From positions 155,558,001-155,622,000 of the forward strand of contig OX597817.1 in NCBI GenBank assembly GCA_951406725.2: a DNA stretch of 64,000 bases, in the 5' to 3' direction. How positions within the stretch are numbered: position 1 is the stretch's first letter; the number at the start of each line of letters is the position of its first letter. The stretch comes from Octopus vulgaris. Its lineage: Eukaryota. Positions 42,225 to 54,299 of the stretch are shown piece by piece. The position numbers and the translations under genes were made by a program. The notes beneath the pieces were generated by a model, which saw only the letters and a program-made list of their open reading frames with translations, did no database searches and had not been told where the DNA came from.

Positions 42225-42632
42225 CTCTCTTTTACTCTTTTACTTGTTTCAGTCATTTGACTGTGGCCATGCTGGAGCACTGCCTTTAGTCAAGCAAATC
42301 GACCCCGGGACTTATTCTTTGTAAGCCCAGTACTTATTCTATCAGTCTCTTTTGCCGAACCGCTAAGTGACGGGGACGTAAACACACCAGCATCGGTTGT
42401 CAAGCAATGCTAGGGGGACAAACACAGGCACACAAACACACACACGCATATATGTATATACATATATACGACAGGCTTCTTTCAGTTTCCATCTACCAAA
42501 TCCACTCACAAGGCATTGGTCGGCCCGGGGCTATAGCAGAAGACACTTGCCCAAGATGCCACGCAGTGGGAATGAACCCGGAACCATGTGGTTGGTTAGC
42601 AAGCTACTTACCACACAGCCACTCCTGCACCT
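42225..42632 (-). mobile_element. SINE family A, young subfamily
   Basis: Full length, diagnostic aaggcattgg / gcccagtact / caatgctag. Confidence 0.9.
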
Positions 42633-43194
42633 ATGTGTGCTGAATATAATTTTTTTCCCTATACTTTTAGTTATATTTTTAGTTCAGGTGTGCCATCGAA
42701 TTTCGAAAAGAATATAAGTGTACCGCAATTGTAAAAAGGCTGCAGAGTACTTCTAAGGGTTAAAGTTTGAAAGGTGAAATTGACCTCAGCAGGATTTGAA
42801 CTCAGAATATAAAGAGTTGGACCAGCTACAAGAAAGCATTTTCCCCCCAATGCTTCAATGGTTCTACCAGCTTGACACTTTGCATTCCAGAATAATAATA
42901 GAAATCACAATCACGTGAATGAAACCTCTGAGTTGGCTATGATGATGACCTTGCTGGTCTACTTTTGAAATATTGTGAAAGACTTTAGGAATTTTTAAAA
43001 TTTGTGTTGATTGACAGAGATGGTGAAATATCAAAAATTAAATAAATAAATATTTAGTACAAATATTTAATGAATGACAAAAACGAGTAGAAGTTGCTCG
43101 GCTTCAAATCAACCCTGATTCAGCAGACACATTATCAAAAGCAATCCAGCTGAGACCATCCTGTCTTTGAAGGGGTATCTAGAACATTTTTTTG

Positions 43195-43587
43195 AGTGGC
43201 TGTGTGGTAAGTAGCTTGCTAAACAACCACATGGTTCCGGGTTCAGTCCCACTGTGTGGCACCTTGGGCAAGTGTCTTCTGCTATAGCCCCGGGCCGACC
43301 AATGCCTTGTGAGTGGATTTGGTAGACGGAAACTGAAAGAAGCCTGTCGTATATATATGTATGTGTGTGTGTGTCTGTGTGTCTGTGTTTGTCCCCCTAG
43401 CATTGCTTGACAACCGATGCTGGCGTGTTTACGTCCCCGTCACTTAGCGGTTCGGCAAAAGAGACCGATAGAATAAGTACTGGGCTTACAAAGAATAAGT
43501 CCCGGGGTCAATTTGCTCGACTAAAGGCGGTGCTCCAGCATGGCCGCTGTCAAATGACTGAAACAAGTAAAAGAGTAAAAGAGAGTA
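43195..43587 (+). mobile_element. SINE family A, young subfamily (inverted relative to 42225-42632)
   Basis: Near-exact reverse complement of the preceding copy. Confidence 0.9.
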
Positions 43588-44764
43588 AGGTGGGGAATGA
43601 TTTAGGAAGACCTGACTGCTACTTCTAGCAGATGGAGCAACCATATATAGGCTTCCTTGTTGGCTCATTGAAAATATATGTGCATAACTACAGGTACAAA
43701 CACCTCTTTGCCCATTCATCTATATGGATGATGACCATCACATCATTAATGGATTCAAAAAATACCACTTGTTTGATAGTGATTGACAAAATCCATTATG
43801 GGCATGAAGTATTCTGTTGGACAATAAATAAGTGTTGTTAGAATCCTGTGCTAATGCCTCAATGGCTTTGGATACTTATAGCTTCCTGGTTTGCTTGGAT
43901 GCTATGTGACCTTCCTAGATGAGGCTGTACTATGTAGATCTCTCAGGAGACAATTTCTCCTATGACTTTAGATTGTTAATGAAAGATTTTAGGAAGGCCT
44001 TGGGAGAGTCACCGAAGTGCTTGCTCTAACAACCAACTGATCATTTTCTTCCGATGAATTTAGCTGTAGAAAATACATTTCGGAAAGTGCTTGTGCCCAT
44101 TCTCTTAATTTTATTGAACCAGTTGGATTCTGTAGAAGCTGGTCAAGCCTGTGCACATAGGGATCTCACTACTGAATAAACATCATTTTCTGCAGGTTGC
44201 TCAGGTAGAAGAAATTTGTTTAGCTTTTTGGTGTGCATACTGTTAATAGACTACATCTCATTGGCATTCAGCAAAGTTAGCAGAACTACAACTCAGTAGA
44301 ACCTTAACTTGATTTGGAGGCAAAGTTCCTTCTCCTCGTGTAGTCTACTGAAGAGAATACTAGTTTTGGAAATTCTTAGGGTGCCAAGAGCACCATCCAA
44401 GTGTGATCGTTGCCAGAGCAGCCAACTGGCTTCCATGCCAGTGGCACGCAAAAGGGCACCATTTGAGCGTGATCATTACCAAAGTCACCTTACTGGCACC
44501 TGTGCTGGTGGCATGTGTAAAAGGATTCGAGCGAGGTTGTTGCCAGTACCGCCTGACTGACCCCCTGTGTCGGAGGCATGTAAAATGCACCCACTACACT
44601 CTCGGAGTGGTTGGCATTAGGAAGGGCATCCAGCTGTAGAAACACTACCAAATCAAGTTGGAGCCTGGTACAGCCATCTGGTTCACCAGCCCTCAGTCAA
44701 AATCGTCCAACCCATGCTAGCATGGAAAGCGGACGTTAAACGATGATGATGATGATGATGATTA

Positions 44765-46440
44765 CTTGTTGATTTGGGTAAAATTTGAAAAGGGTGCTGC
44801 CAAGGTATGCGAACTTGACTGCAAATTCAGGCCCCACATATTTCTTGTGGGGAGTGGTTGTCTTTGTGCTGATGATGAGACTGAAATCTTCATAGGCAGA
44901 AGATAACTTGTTCATGTTTTGTTGCATTTCTGATTGTGAAGATACTCATCTGCAAACAGGACTTCATACATTATATGCTCTTTCCCTTTGGTTTCACCAG
45001 GGAGTTTCATTTGAAGAGTTGCCATCTGAGTGATAGTGCAAGGCAAAAGTGGAGGCGCATTGGCCCAGTGGTTAGGGCAGCTGACTCGCAGTTTCGATTC
45101 CCAGACCAGGCGTTGTGAGTGTTTATTGAGCGAAAACACCTAAAGCTTCACGAGGCTCCGGCAGGGATGGTGGTGATCCCTGCTGTACTCTTTCACCACA
45201 ACTTTCTCTCACTCTTACTTCCTGTTTCTGTTGTACCTGTATTTCAAAGGGCCGGCCTTGTCACTCTCTGTGTCACGCTGAATATCCCCGAGAACTACGT
45301 TATGGGTACACGTGTCTGTGGAGTGCTCAGCCACTTACACGTTAATTTCATGAGCAGGCTGTTCCGTTGATTCGGATCAACCGGAACCCTCATTGTCGTA
45401 ACCGACGGAGTGCTTCCAAAGTGCAAGGCAAAGCCATCTTCATAGTTCTAGAAGACATTAATCAGCATGGGCGAAAATATCATGCTAAAAATACAGGCGC
45501 TAGCACACAACTTTGTTTAATGTGGTTTGTAAATTTGAATACTGCCAAAAACTGTGTGAAGATTGTAATACTGTTCTTAACACTTCTGAAGATGATATGT
45601 TGCAAACATCAGATTAATTGTACTTTGACTCTTCCTAAAACTGCATTGGCTCTCAGACAGAAGACCATGTTCAAGATGGACAAACAGCCAGCTCACAACT
45701 ATTAAAACAAATATCTCCCCAATTATTGAGAAAGTAGAGATATGTTTCATGGATTGATGATTGCCTTTCTTTTTGTAGAGTTGAACTTTTGAAGCATCTT
45801 TGAATTCTGTAGACTATCCTCCTGGTGTTATATTGAGTGGAAGAGCTCAGTGAGCCTTAAAGCATTAAATGGGGACTTATTAGGAAGTTCATGGTGATCC
45901 CTACTTGGAGAAAGTGAGTTTTTGGAGCATCATTGACTGAAGGGATGCTGTTCAGAATATTTAGGTGATACTTAGCCCATCTTTCAAGGAACATCTCTCT
46001 GTCTTTTTCATTGCAAATTTGTCAGAACTCAGCAGAAGAGATGAGCCTTAAACTTGTGGGCTCTAAAAAGCTTTCAAAGCACCAGATTGTTGTTGTGTGT
46101 ATAGAGCTAAATCTCATTTGCCTTTTTTTCTCTGCTGTGAGTCTTGTTTATGCCAAAGCTTAGCCTAGGTAGTCTTGCAAATCTTAATTTGGAATAAGCT
46201 GTCATTCTGGTAAGCTGTGAGAAGATAATGCCCTGATACAAGAGGGCATTCTCTTTAAACCAACCCAGGTGCTCGTGCACAAGATATTTTATTAAATATT
46301 TCATCATGTCACTGACAAATGCTTGATACGTAAGTTACTTTAGCCATTTCAGCTTAGTGTTTCATTTTAATGGCGACTGATATTAAGCTTTCTTTTTGGT
46401 TTGGCTTATACCCTTTGAAAAATGGCCAATCGCCCATGAA
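44765..46440 (-). mobile_element. Decayed RTE/BovB-like LINE interrupted by a SINE
   Basis: Remnants LFADE, ADNLFMF (antisense to MNKLSSAYEDFSLIISTKTT) and FAYLGSTL in ORFs 44736-45139. Confidence 0.6.
45051..45419 (+). mobile_element. SINE family D, tail variant 2
   Basis: Same head as 21659. 13-bp TSD agtgcaaggcaaa (45035-45047 / 45420-45432). Confidence 0.85.
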
Positions 46441-47208
46441 ACATGTCACGAAGAGAATAAGATGTATTTACATTTGTTTATTTTCCATAGAGTAGGCATC
46501 AGAAACTGATGTATCTTAGATTTTCTAATAAATGCTATTTGTGCAATATAGCACATATACATGCATGAACATACACACATAAATACACATAGTAAAGTGG
46601 GTATACTTGATTAGAAAGCAAAAAAAAAACTATGTATTAAAATCAATCATACAAGACATATAGGTATACTGAAGTAATCCTGTTTACCAACATTTGTGTG
46701 TGTGTGTATTGCTTAATTCTGACTTAAGAAAATCTTTTTACTATAGTATATTTATCTTTAGCAAAATGGATTACATAATATTTGGGTTGCGGACAGAATC
46801 AGAACAAAAGACATATGGTTGATTAGTTTAAAAATGCATATACTTCAGTGAAAATCAATATTCTTAAACCAATATTAAACAGTAAGTATTCACTAAGGAT
46901 TTGATTAAACAAATTTATTATAAATACACTTAAATCAATCTTCCCAAATCATCAGGAAATACTCAGTTAGCTTCTGACTTGCACATGTAATGTTTCGACG
47001 AGACATTATGGCCGCCAGTCGTAACTCAAAGAACATGTTTTATTTGTTGCCTTTTTGGGCGCCCATTAAGCTAATTCAAGCGAAGTTTGTTGTAAAGTTT
47101 CTAAATAATCTTGGAGATTTGAGATACTATTGTTATGAATTTTTCATTGTCAAAGAAAAAAATTTAATGCATTTATTTTATACACAAAGGGAATGCAATA
47201 TATATAAA

Positions 47209-47582
47209 CTAGCAGTATCGCCCGGCGTTGCTCGGGTTTGTAATGGAAATAACTATATAAGCATTTTTAGAGAGTTATAGCAAAAAAATGCATTAAAAAT
47301 GGAAAAAAAATTATGGTAAATTTTTTATTAAATTGTTGACTCATCGTAGACATCTTTAGAGAGTTACTTCCCTTATATAATAGCGAAAAAAATGCATTAA
47401 AACGGAAAAAAATGATGGTAAATTTTTTTAAAATCGTAGACGCGCGCTAATACCCAGAAGGCTCGATATGAATCACGACTATAAGATACCCGGTTTTGGT
47501 TACACTGCACCGCAAAATGTGGAAGTAGTTAGGAATCTAAATCGTAGGAGACAACACACAACTTGACTTTTATATATAAAGA
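47209..47582 (-). mobile_element. Non-autonomous Helitron
   Basis: Minus strand A|TCTTTATATATAAAA start and the same 3' end as 36032-36401 (acaaacccgagcaacgccgggcgatactgCTAG|T). Confidence 0.85.
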
Positions 47583-48036
47583 TATAGTATAGTAGCACTT
47601 TATTATCTTTATTTTTTTTACTTGTTTCAGTCATTGGACTGCGGCCATACTGGGGAACCGCTTTGATGGGTTTTGTCGAACAAATCAATTCCAGTATTTA
47701 TTTGATTGATCGCTTTTGCTGAAATGCAAAGTTACAAGGACGTAAACAACAGCGGTTATTAAGTGGTGGGTGAATGTTGAACAAATACAACACACACATA
47801 CGCGTATAAATATACAATAGGCTTCCTCACAGTTACCGTCTACCAAATTCACTCACAAGGCACTGAAGCTATAGTAGAAAACACTCGTTCAAGGTGCCGT
47901 GCAGTGGGACTGAACTCAAAACCATGTGGCTACAAAGTAAGAAAAGAAATTTAAAAATTAGAAAAAAGTATTTAAAATAATGCAAAATAAAATTTAGATC
48001 TTACATCGCGAGTGCTGAATAGTGAATACGTATTTA

Positions 48037-48452
48037 GGATCTTTTTGGTTTGAACGGCAGTTTTTTCTAGCGGTGTCATATGAAATTGTCACCCATAATT
48101 ATGACCTTAGTATCGATCTATTGCATTTCAATCTGTTTTAGGGTTAGGGTTAGGGGTGGGGTGAAGGGTATATTTTTTTCTTCAGAAATGTAAATAAACC
48201 CAATCTGTTTCTTAAACGAGGGACATATTCATACAGCACAGAATGTTTTCACCTCAATAGACGTCATTGATTGGTTGAAATTGCAGAAATTGCAGTAAAA
48301 AACCAACAAATATCTTACAAACTATAGAATTTTCTCAATAAAGCCAAGAGAAAAAGATGTTTTATAAACACATTCTACCAGTATACGAAGTTTAAACGTG
48401 TTTAGTTACGTGGAAATTATTTTTAAAAACTGCCGGTCAAACTGAAAGATCC
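48037..48452. mobile_element. GG..CC MITE with 8-bp TSD and internal TTAGGG tract
   Basis: ggatctttttggtttgaacggcagttttt / aaaaactgccggtcaaactgaaagatcc. TSD cgtattta / catattta. Confidence 0.8.
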
Positions 48453-49058
48453 CATATTTATTATATAGTAAATGCAATACGGTAATATTTTGTCATAGTC
48501 TTCATTTTAAATGCATACTTTTTAGTAACTGTACAAACGTGGGTTCATGTGTGTATATCTATGTAATTGCGTGTGAGGAAAAGATGTCACTTTGGCCGAG
48601 TGGTTACAAAGTTTGCTTTAAACTCATGAGGTCCTAGTTACAATCTCACTGCGTTTTATCTTAGGCAAGACCTTTTTTTTTTTTTTCGCCTCGTATCGAT
48701 CCAAATTTTGTGAGTGATATCTGGTAGGCAGAAAACTGTTGAAGTCCGTTTGAATGTCTCACCGACGGATCTGTAATTCAAAGGTCCAGCTTCGTTAAAG
48801 GGTATACATCTGTAGAACAATGTCACTTTGACGGTCATTTAACGAGTAGGTAGGTAGTTCTGTTAAGGAGGGGACTGGGAATTTTGAGAGATGGGTTTAG
48901 ACAAGTTGCTATGTTTAATAAAACCTAAGAGGTTTTAACTTGTTTAACTTCATGACGAATAAAGAAGAATCATATGCATGCAAATTCTTAATTGTCTTCT
49001 CATTAATTAAGAGGGGCGGCGGCCCAAGATTTTATTAATATTTTAGACATAACCTATA

Positions 49059-49213
49059 GGCGCAGGAGTGGCTCTGTGGTAAGTAGGTTCCTAACTAACC
49101 ACATGGTTCCGGGTTCAGTCCCACTACGTGGCATCTTGGGCAAGTGTCTTCTGTTATAGCCGACCAATGCCTTGTGAGTGGATTTGGTAGATGGAAACTG
49201 AAAGAAGCCTGTC

Positions 49214-49306
<93 letters not shown>

Positions 49307-49516
49307 TGTGTTTGTCCCCCTCACATTGTTTGACAACCGATGCTGGCGTGTTTACGTCCCCATCACTTAGCGGTTCGGCAAAAGAGACCGATAGAATAAG
49401 TACTGTGCTTGCAAAGAATAAGTCCTGGGGTCGATTCACTCGACTAAAGGCGCTGCTCCAGCATGGCCGCAGTCAAATGACTGAAACAAGTAAAAGAGTA
49501 AAAGAGAGTAAAAGAG
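49059..49516 (+). mobile_element. SINE family A, full length (also 57990-58390 +)
   Basis: Complete head and tail, flanking taaccta direct repeat. Confidence 0.9.
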
Positions 49517-52500
49517 TAACCTAGTATTTGTCAGCTTAAGATGCTCTTGTGTAGCTGAATGTTCATTGTCGAAATCGACGGGGAATCCATCGTGTATAAA
49601 TGCGTACTGAAACAGGATTTAAACTAGCGAACTGTCAATATATCTGAGGTTCTTAAACAGCAGTAAACTAGATAATTTCTCACCCCTTCATAGCTTCAGT
49701 TCTACTTTTCATTCATCGCTGGCATGTCACTTCATCATTCTCCCCTTTACAACTGCCATCATCAACTTCCCTCCTATCCCTGCATACATTATTTATTTAA
49801 CCTCTCATGTCTTTACCCTATTATTACCCCAGCCTCGTCGCCACAACCATTAGCACAAACTTTCTCCAAATAATCGTCCCTAGCACTTAACCCTGCCTTT
49901 AAAACATTTTTTTTATACTCAACGCAAGCTTCACCTTTCTTTTCTGTTCTGTTCCCCCATCTTCGCTCAGCTTGTAACTTGATTTCCTTTTTAAAACTAT
50001 ATCATCAGAGTCGAGAGGAGGAACAGCTGTATTTTTAAAATAACAAATAAATGTTTAAAACCATTTACAGTGTTCAAGACAGTCCACATTCTTATTTCAG
50101 TTTCTTTCAATTTATTATTTCATTAGTTGAAAATGAACCAATATTTTCACCCTTTTTTTTTTTTCAACTATAAATTTTATTTCTCTACATATTTCTTCCT
50201 CTTACATTTTTTTTCCGTAGTACTCTCTGATTTAATATATCTACTTCTATTTCCATAAATATATCCTATTTCATGATGAGTACACATTAAGAAACGATCT
50301 TTTGAGCCGTTAATCTAACCTAGTGAGATAATGAAATAAGTCTATATTTCGGCTCAATGTCGTCTCTAATACAACTCTAGAAATATTTTTCTGCATATTT
50401 TCTCTCCTATTTTTAAATGAAACTTTCTACGGGTTATATATAGAAGCTGCGGGATCAGAATTAAAAGCAAACACAGCGTTGACATATTACAATTTTGGTT
50501 TATAATGAACGTGGCTAGGAGGTGATTTTGATTAATTATAATGCTGTTGTAATAACTTGTAACAATAATTGTCGTTAGTGACTGTTAACATTAGCTGAAG
50601 CTGGATACAACATTAGTCTTGCTTTCTTAATCTCTCTCATCTTGTTAGGTAACTTACGTACTTAAAGGTTGCTCATCCATAAAATTTGCATTTCAATTTC
50701 ATCGTCCCGGACATTTTGATAATTTTAGTAAATGCGCTTAGATATAAGTGAATTAGTGATCTGATTTAGAACTAAAACTAGTTAGTTATTTAAAACATTT
50801 TGTTTTTTATAACACAGACGAGAGTACTTATTTTCACGAGAAAAAAGAAATGTCTCTTTTCCTTTCAGTAGTGCACCTAAGCACTTTGTAACACACACTA
50901 TCACTTTGTAGTGTACTTGAGCACTCTGTAGTGCTTGCGACGCAAATTGATAAACGTAACCCCCCCCCTTTTTTTTAAACTTTTATCTCAATAGCAAACA
51001 ACTACAAGTCACACACAAGGGTGTTATTTAACTCAAAGCAGACCTTAATCAATTAGCTCAATGACCAAGCCTCATAACTATCTGACACGACATTCGTCAA
51101 TGTGTCATGTTTTAAGATGGTAGGGTGTGATCTGAGGGAAATTTGATGTTATTTCTAGCTGGTCGAACGAACACCTAGAGGATCTCTTGTTAGTTAAGAC
51201 CTCATTGCTGGCTTTATAAAGCACAACTGGAAACTAACTACGTATACTAATTTATATTTATATATAGTCAAGCGTGTCCCTTTCGTCATGGTGACCTGTT
51301 TTGGCAAATAAGTATTCCTTTGCAGCTTATTCCCTTTTCCTGTAAATATTAACAAAAGTAATTCTTAAAGAATTCAATAAAATTAACGTTTGATACTAAA
51401 GGACATATTGTTCAGTTTTTGTTGAAAATAATTGTAACTTAGCTCCTATGTCAATGGCTTGTTGTACGACATAATATATTCACGAACATTTTCTATTTCT
51501 ATCAAATATTTGAAAAGATTTTGTCTTCGCAACCTAATGCTCGTACATATACACATACGATAACTGATCTGTGAGCTTGTGACTGAAATGCACTACAGGG
51601 TAAATATATGCTAATTATGCGGATATCTTTTCGTTTCCATACATTTTACGATGTCACTTTCGTTTAGCCCTGGGTCAGATTTGATAGTGCAGCCGTGAGC
51701 ATCTGTCTCCTTCTCTCTCTCTCTAACAACGATAAAGATGCATGAACTTTTTCATCCAAGTTTATGTTGAAAGCAATTATCATCATGACAATTATTACCA
51801 TGTCTCTCCGTCTATCCCACACACTCTCTCTGATGACATAACCCTAAATATTTTCCTACTCTCAACTCACTTCTATCCCAGATCACTATACATTCAGAAG
51901 ATTACGTTGTTCACATTCCTTTCTAACAATTAAGTACAGATTTTCCATTTGATCTGCTAATGCGGTATTTTGATACAACTCATTTTCGTGATACACGAAT
52001 ATATAAACCTCCATCTTTACTGCTAATGAATTTCATCTCTTTGTGGCCAGTGAAGTCGACGATTCTTTTAATTACTTTCACCTACTTCAAACTCTTGACC
52101 AGTTGCTGATTCCACTATAAGCAGCATTTAGGTTACCTTAATAGTATAACTTATCTGCTATCTAAAACCACCGCAGTAGTCCATATTCTTCAGTTCAGAC
52201 TGTCCAGAAACTGACAGCTGCGTTAAAAGATTTAGTGTATCTGAGTCATCAAACACTTCACTTCATGTCGTATGTCATTGCGAAATAATGTTCACAGAAA
52301 ATATCGAGTATCTGCCAGATCTTTTGTGTTATGTACACTGTAGTCATTTTGCTACATTTCTTCTTAATTGCACTTAGTTTTAATCATTTTTATACTTATA
52401 CCTTAATCAGACATCAAATTTTGTTAGTTTCTTGGTTTATTTTTCAGTAAAAACTGCATCATTTGGGGACATGGTTTGAAAAATCATCATTAGGATTTTA

Positions 52501-52638
52501 ACTCAGTAAAATAAAATAATCAAGTTGGGCTACATTGAATGTGTAGACTTCCTATCATTTCCTTGTATTATGTCACAAGGGCACCATTGTGACATGGTAT
52601 GTCATTGACAATTTTAAGATACGGCAGAGTTCATCCCT

Positions 52639-53375
52639 GAGATCTTTATCTTTTGACCGACAGATTTTTAAAATAATGTTTTGTAACTAAACACTTTCAA
52701 ACTTCGTATACTGGTAGAATGTGTCACATAAAACATCTTTTAGTCTTGGCGTTGTTGAGAAAATTCTGTATTTTGGAAGTTATTTATTGTTAAAGTTGTC
52801 GTATTTCGGTAATTTCAATCAATCAATGGACGTGTATTCAGCTGAATAAAATTACTGCTGTTGTTTGTCAACAACTTCCGGTGGTGTATATTTCGTTTGT
52901 CACTGTTATTTAAGACATATTTAATCTCAGTTACGTTTGTATGAGTAAACGAGTGTATCTGAAGTATGTTTACTTCATGGCACCACCATAAACGTTTGTG
53001 CATTTTTCCTTTTTTTTTTCTGTAACTCTAACCCTAAAACCCCAACCCTAACCCTAAAACCTTAAAGCTAAAACCACTACAAACGCATGAACGATGTCAT
53101 AAATAACAGTGACAAACAAAACATATACCGTTGATAGTTGTTGTTGACAAACAACGGCAGTAATTTTATTCAGCTGAATACAGGTCATTGATTGGTTGAA
53201 ATTATTGAAATAGGACAACTTTAACAAGAAATAACCTCCAAAATACAGAATTTTCTCAACAACGCCAAGAGTAAGAGATGTTTTATGTGACACATTCTAC
53301 AAGTATACAAATTTTGAAAGTGTTTTGTTACAAAAAATTATTTTTTAAATCTGTCAGTCAAAAGGTAAAAATCCC
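52639..53375. mobile_element. MITE with ~240-bp TIRs and internal (TAACCC)-like tract
   Basis: 52639-52876 is the reverse complement of ~53140-53375. Flanking catccct direct repeat. Arm is homologous to 48262-48452. Confidence 0.85.
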
Positions 53376-53585
53376 ATCCCTCTTCAGGTCTGATTGTAAC
53401 TGATTTCATCGACAATGAGAGAGAGAGAGGAGGACTGATACCAGTAGAGGACTGGTACTCTATTGATCAAGCCCTCAACCAAAAGAATGAAAAACAAAGC
53501 TGATCTCAGCAATATTTGAACTCAAAGTGCAGAAAGCTGGAATGAATACCAATGCTCCAATAACTCGATCAATTCACTGCCTTAA

Positions 53586-53805
53586 CCATTTAGCATTTAA
53601 TCCAGCCATATCTGACCAAAATATTCTACTTTGTTTATCTTCGTAGTGTCCTGATTTGGCCAGACACACTGACCCTAAAATATTATTCTAAAATTAAACA
53701 ATCATGTCATTGAAATCTCAAAGCTACAAGGTAATGCATGACTGATTCAAATCAATATGATTAAAGAAGCATTACATTTGACAAAGAAATCTGAATGCTA
53801 AAGGG
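53586..53805. mobile_element. piggyBac-type MITE (copies at 55316-55791 and ~61930-62170)
   Basis: TTAA-ccatttagcatt ... aatgctaaaggg, same internal sequence in three copies. Confidence 0.7.
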
Positions 53806-54079
53806 CTGAAAATATTTACAGAGCCAACCAATAGAACTCAGATCATGCAACTGCCAAACCTTTGCACCAAAGTGAACAGGCAGGTCATTCCTTTATATAA
53901 TCGGAAAATATATTTGACTTGAACTTATCCAAACCGTCAATGAATAAAAGTTTGCCTTCAACATATGTGGTTGGTATTTGAATATATATTTGTTCAATTA
54001 GTGTATCTACATGTGTGGTCAGTATTTGATTATCAATAAGTCAATATATTTAGCTTTAGTTTACACAGTTATTTTACCT

Positions 54080-54116
<37 letters not shown>

Positions 54117-54127
54117 CATATACATAC

Positions 54128-54177
<50 letters not shown>

Positions 54178-54182
54178 GTATG

Positions 54183-54299
<117 letters not shown>

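Noticed and set aside
49059-49135. tRNA gene
   Set aside because: A/B boxes present but continuous with a SINE body. It is a tRNA-derived head in many copies.
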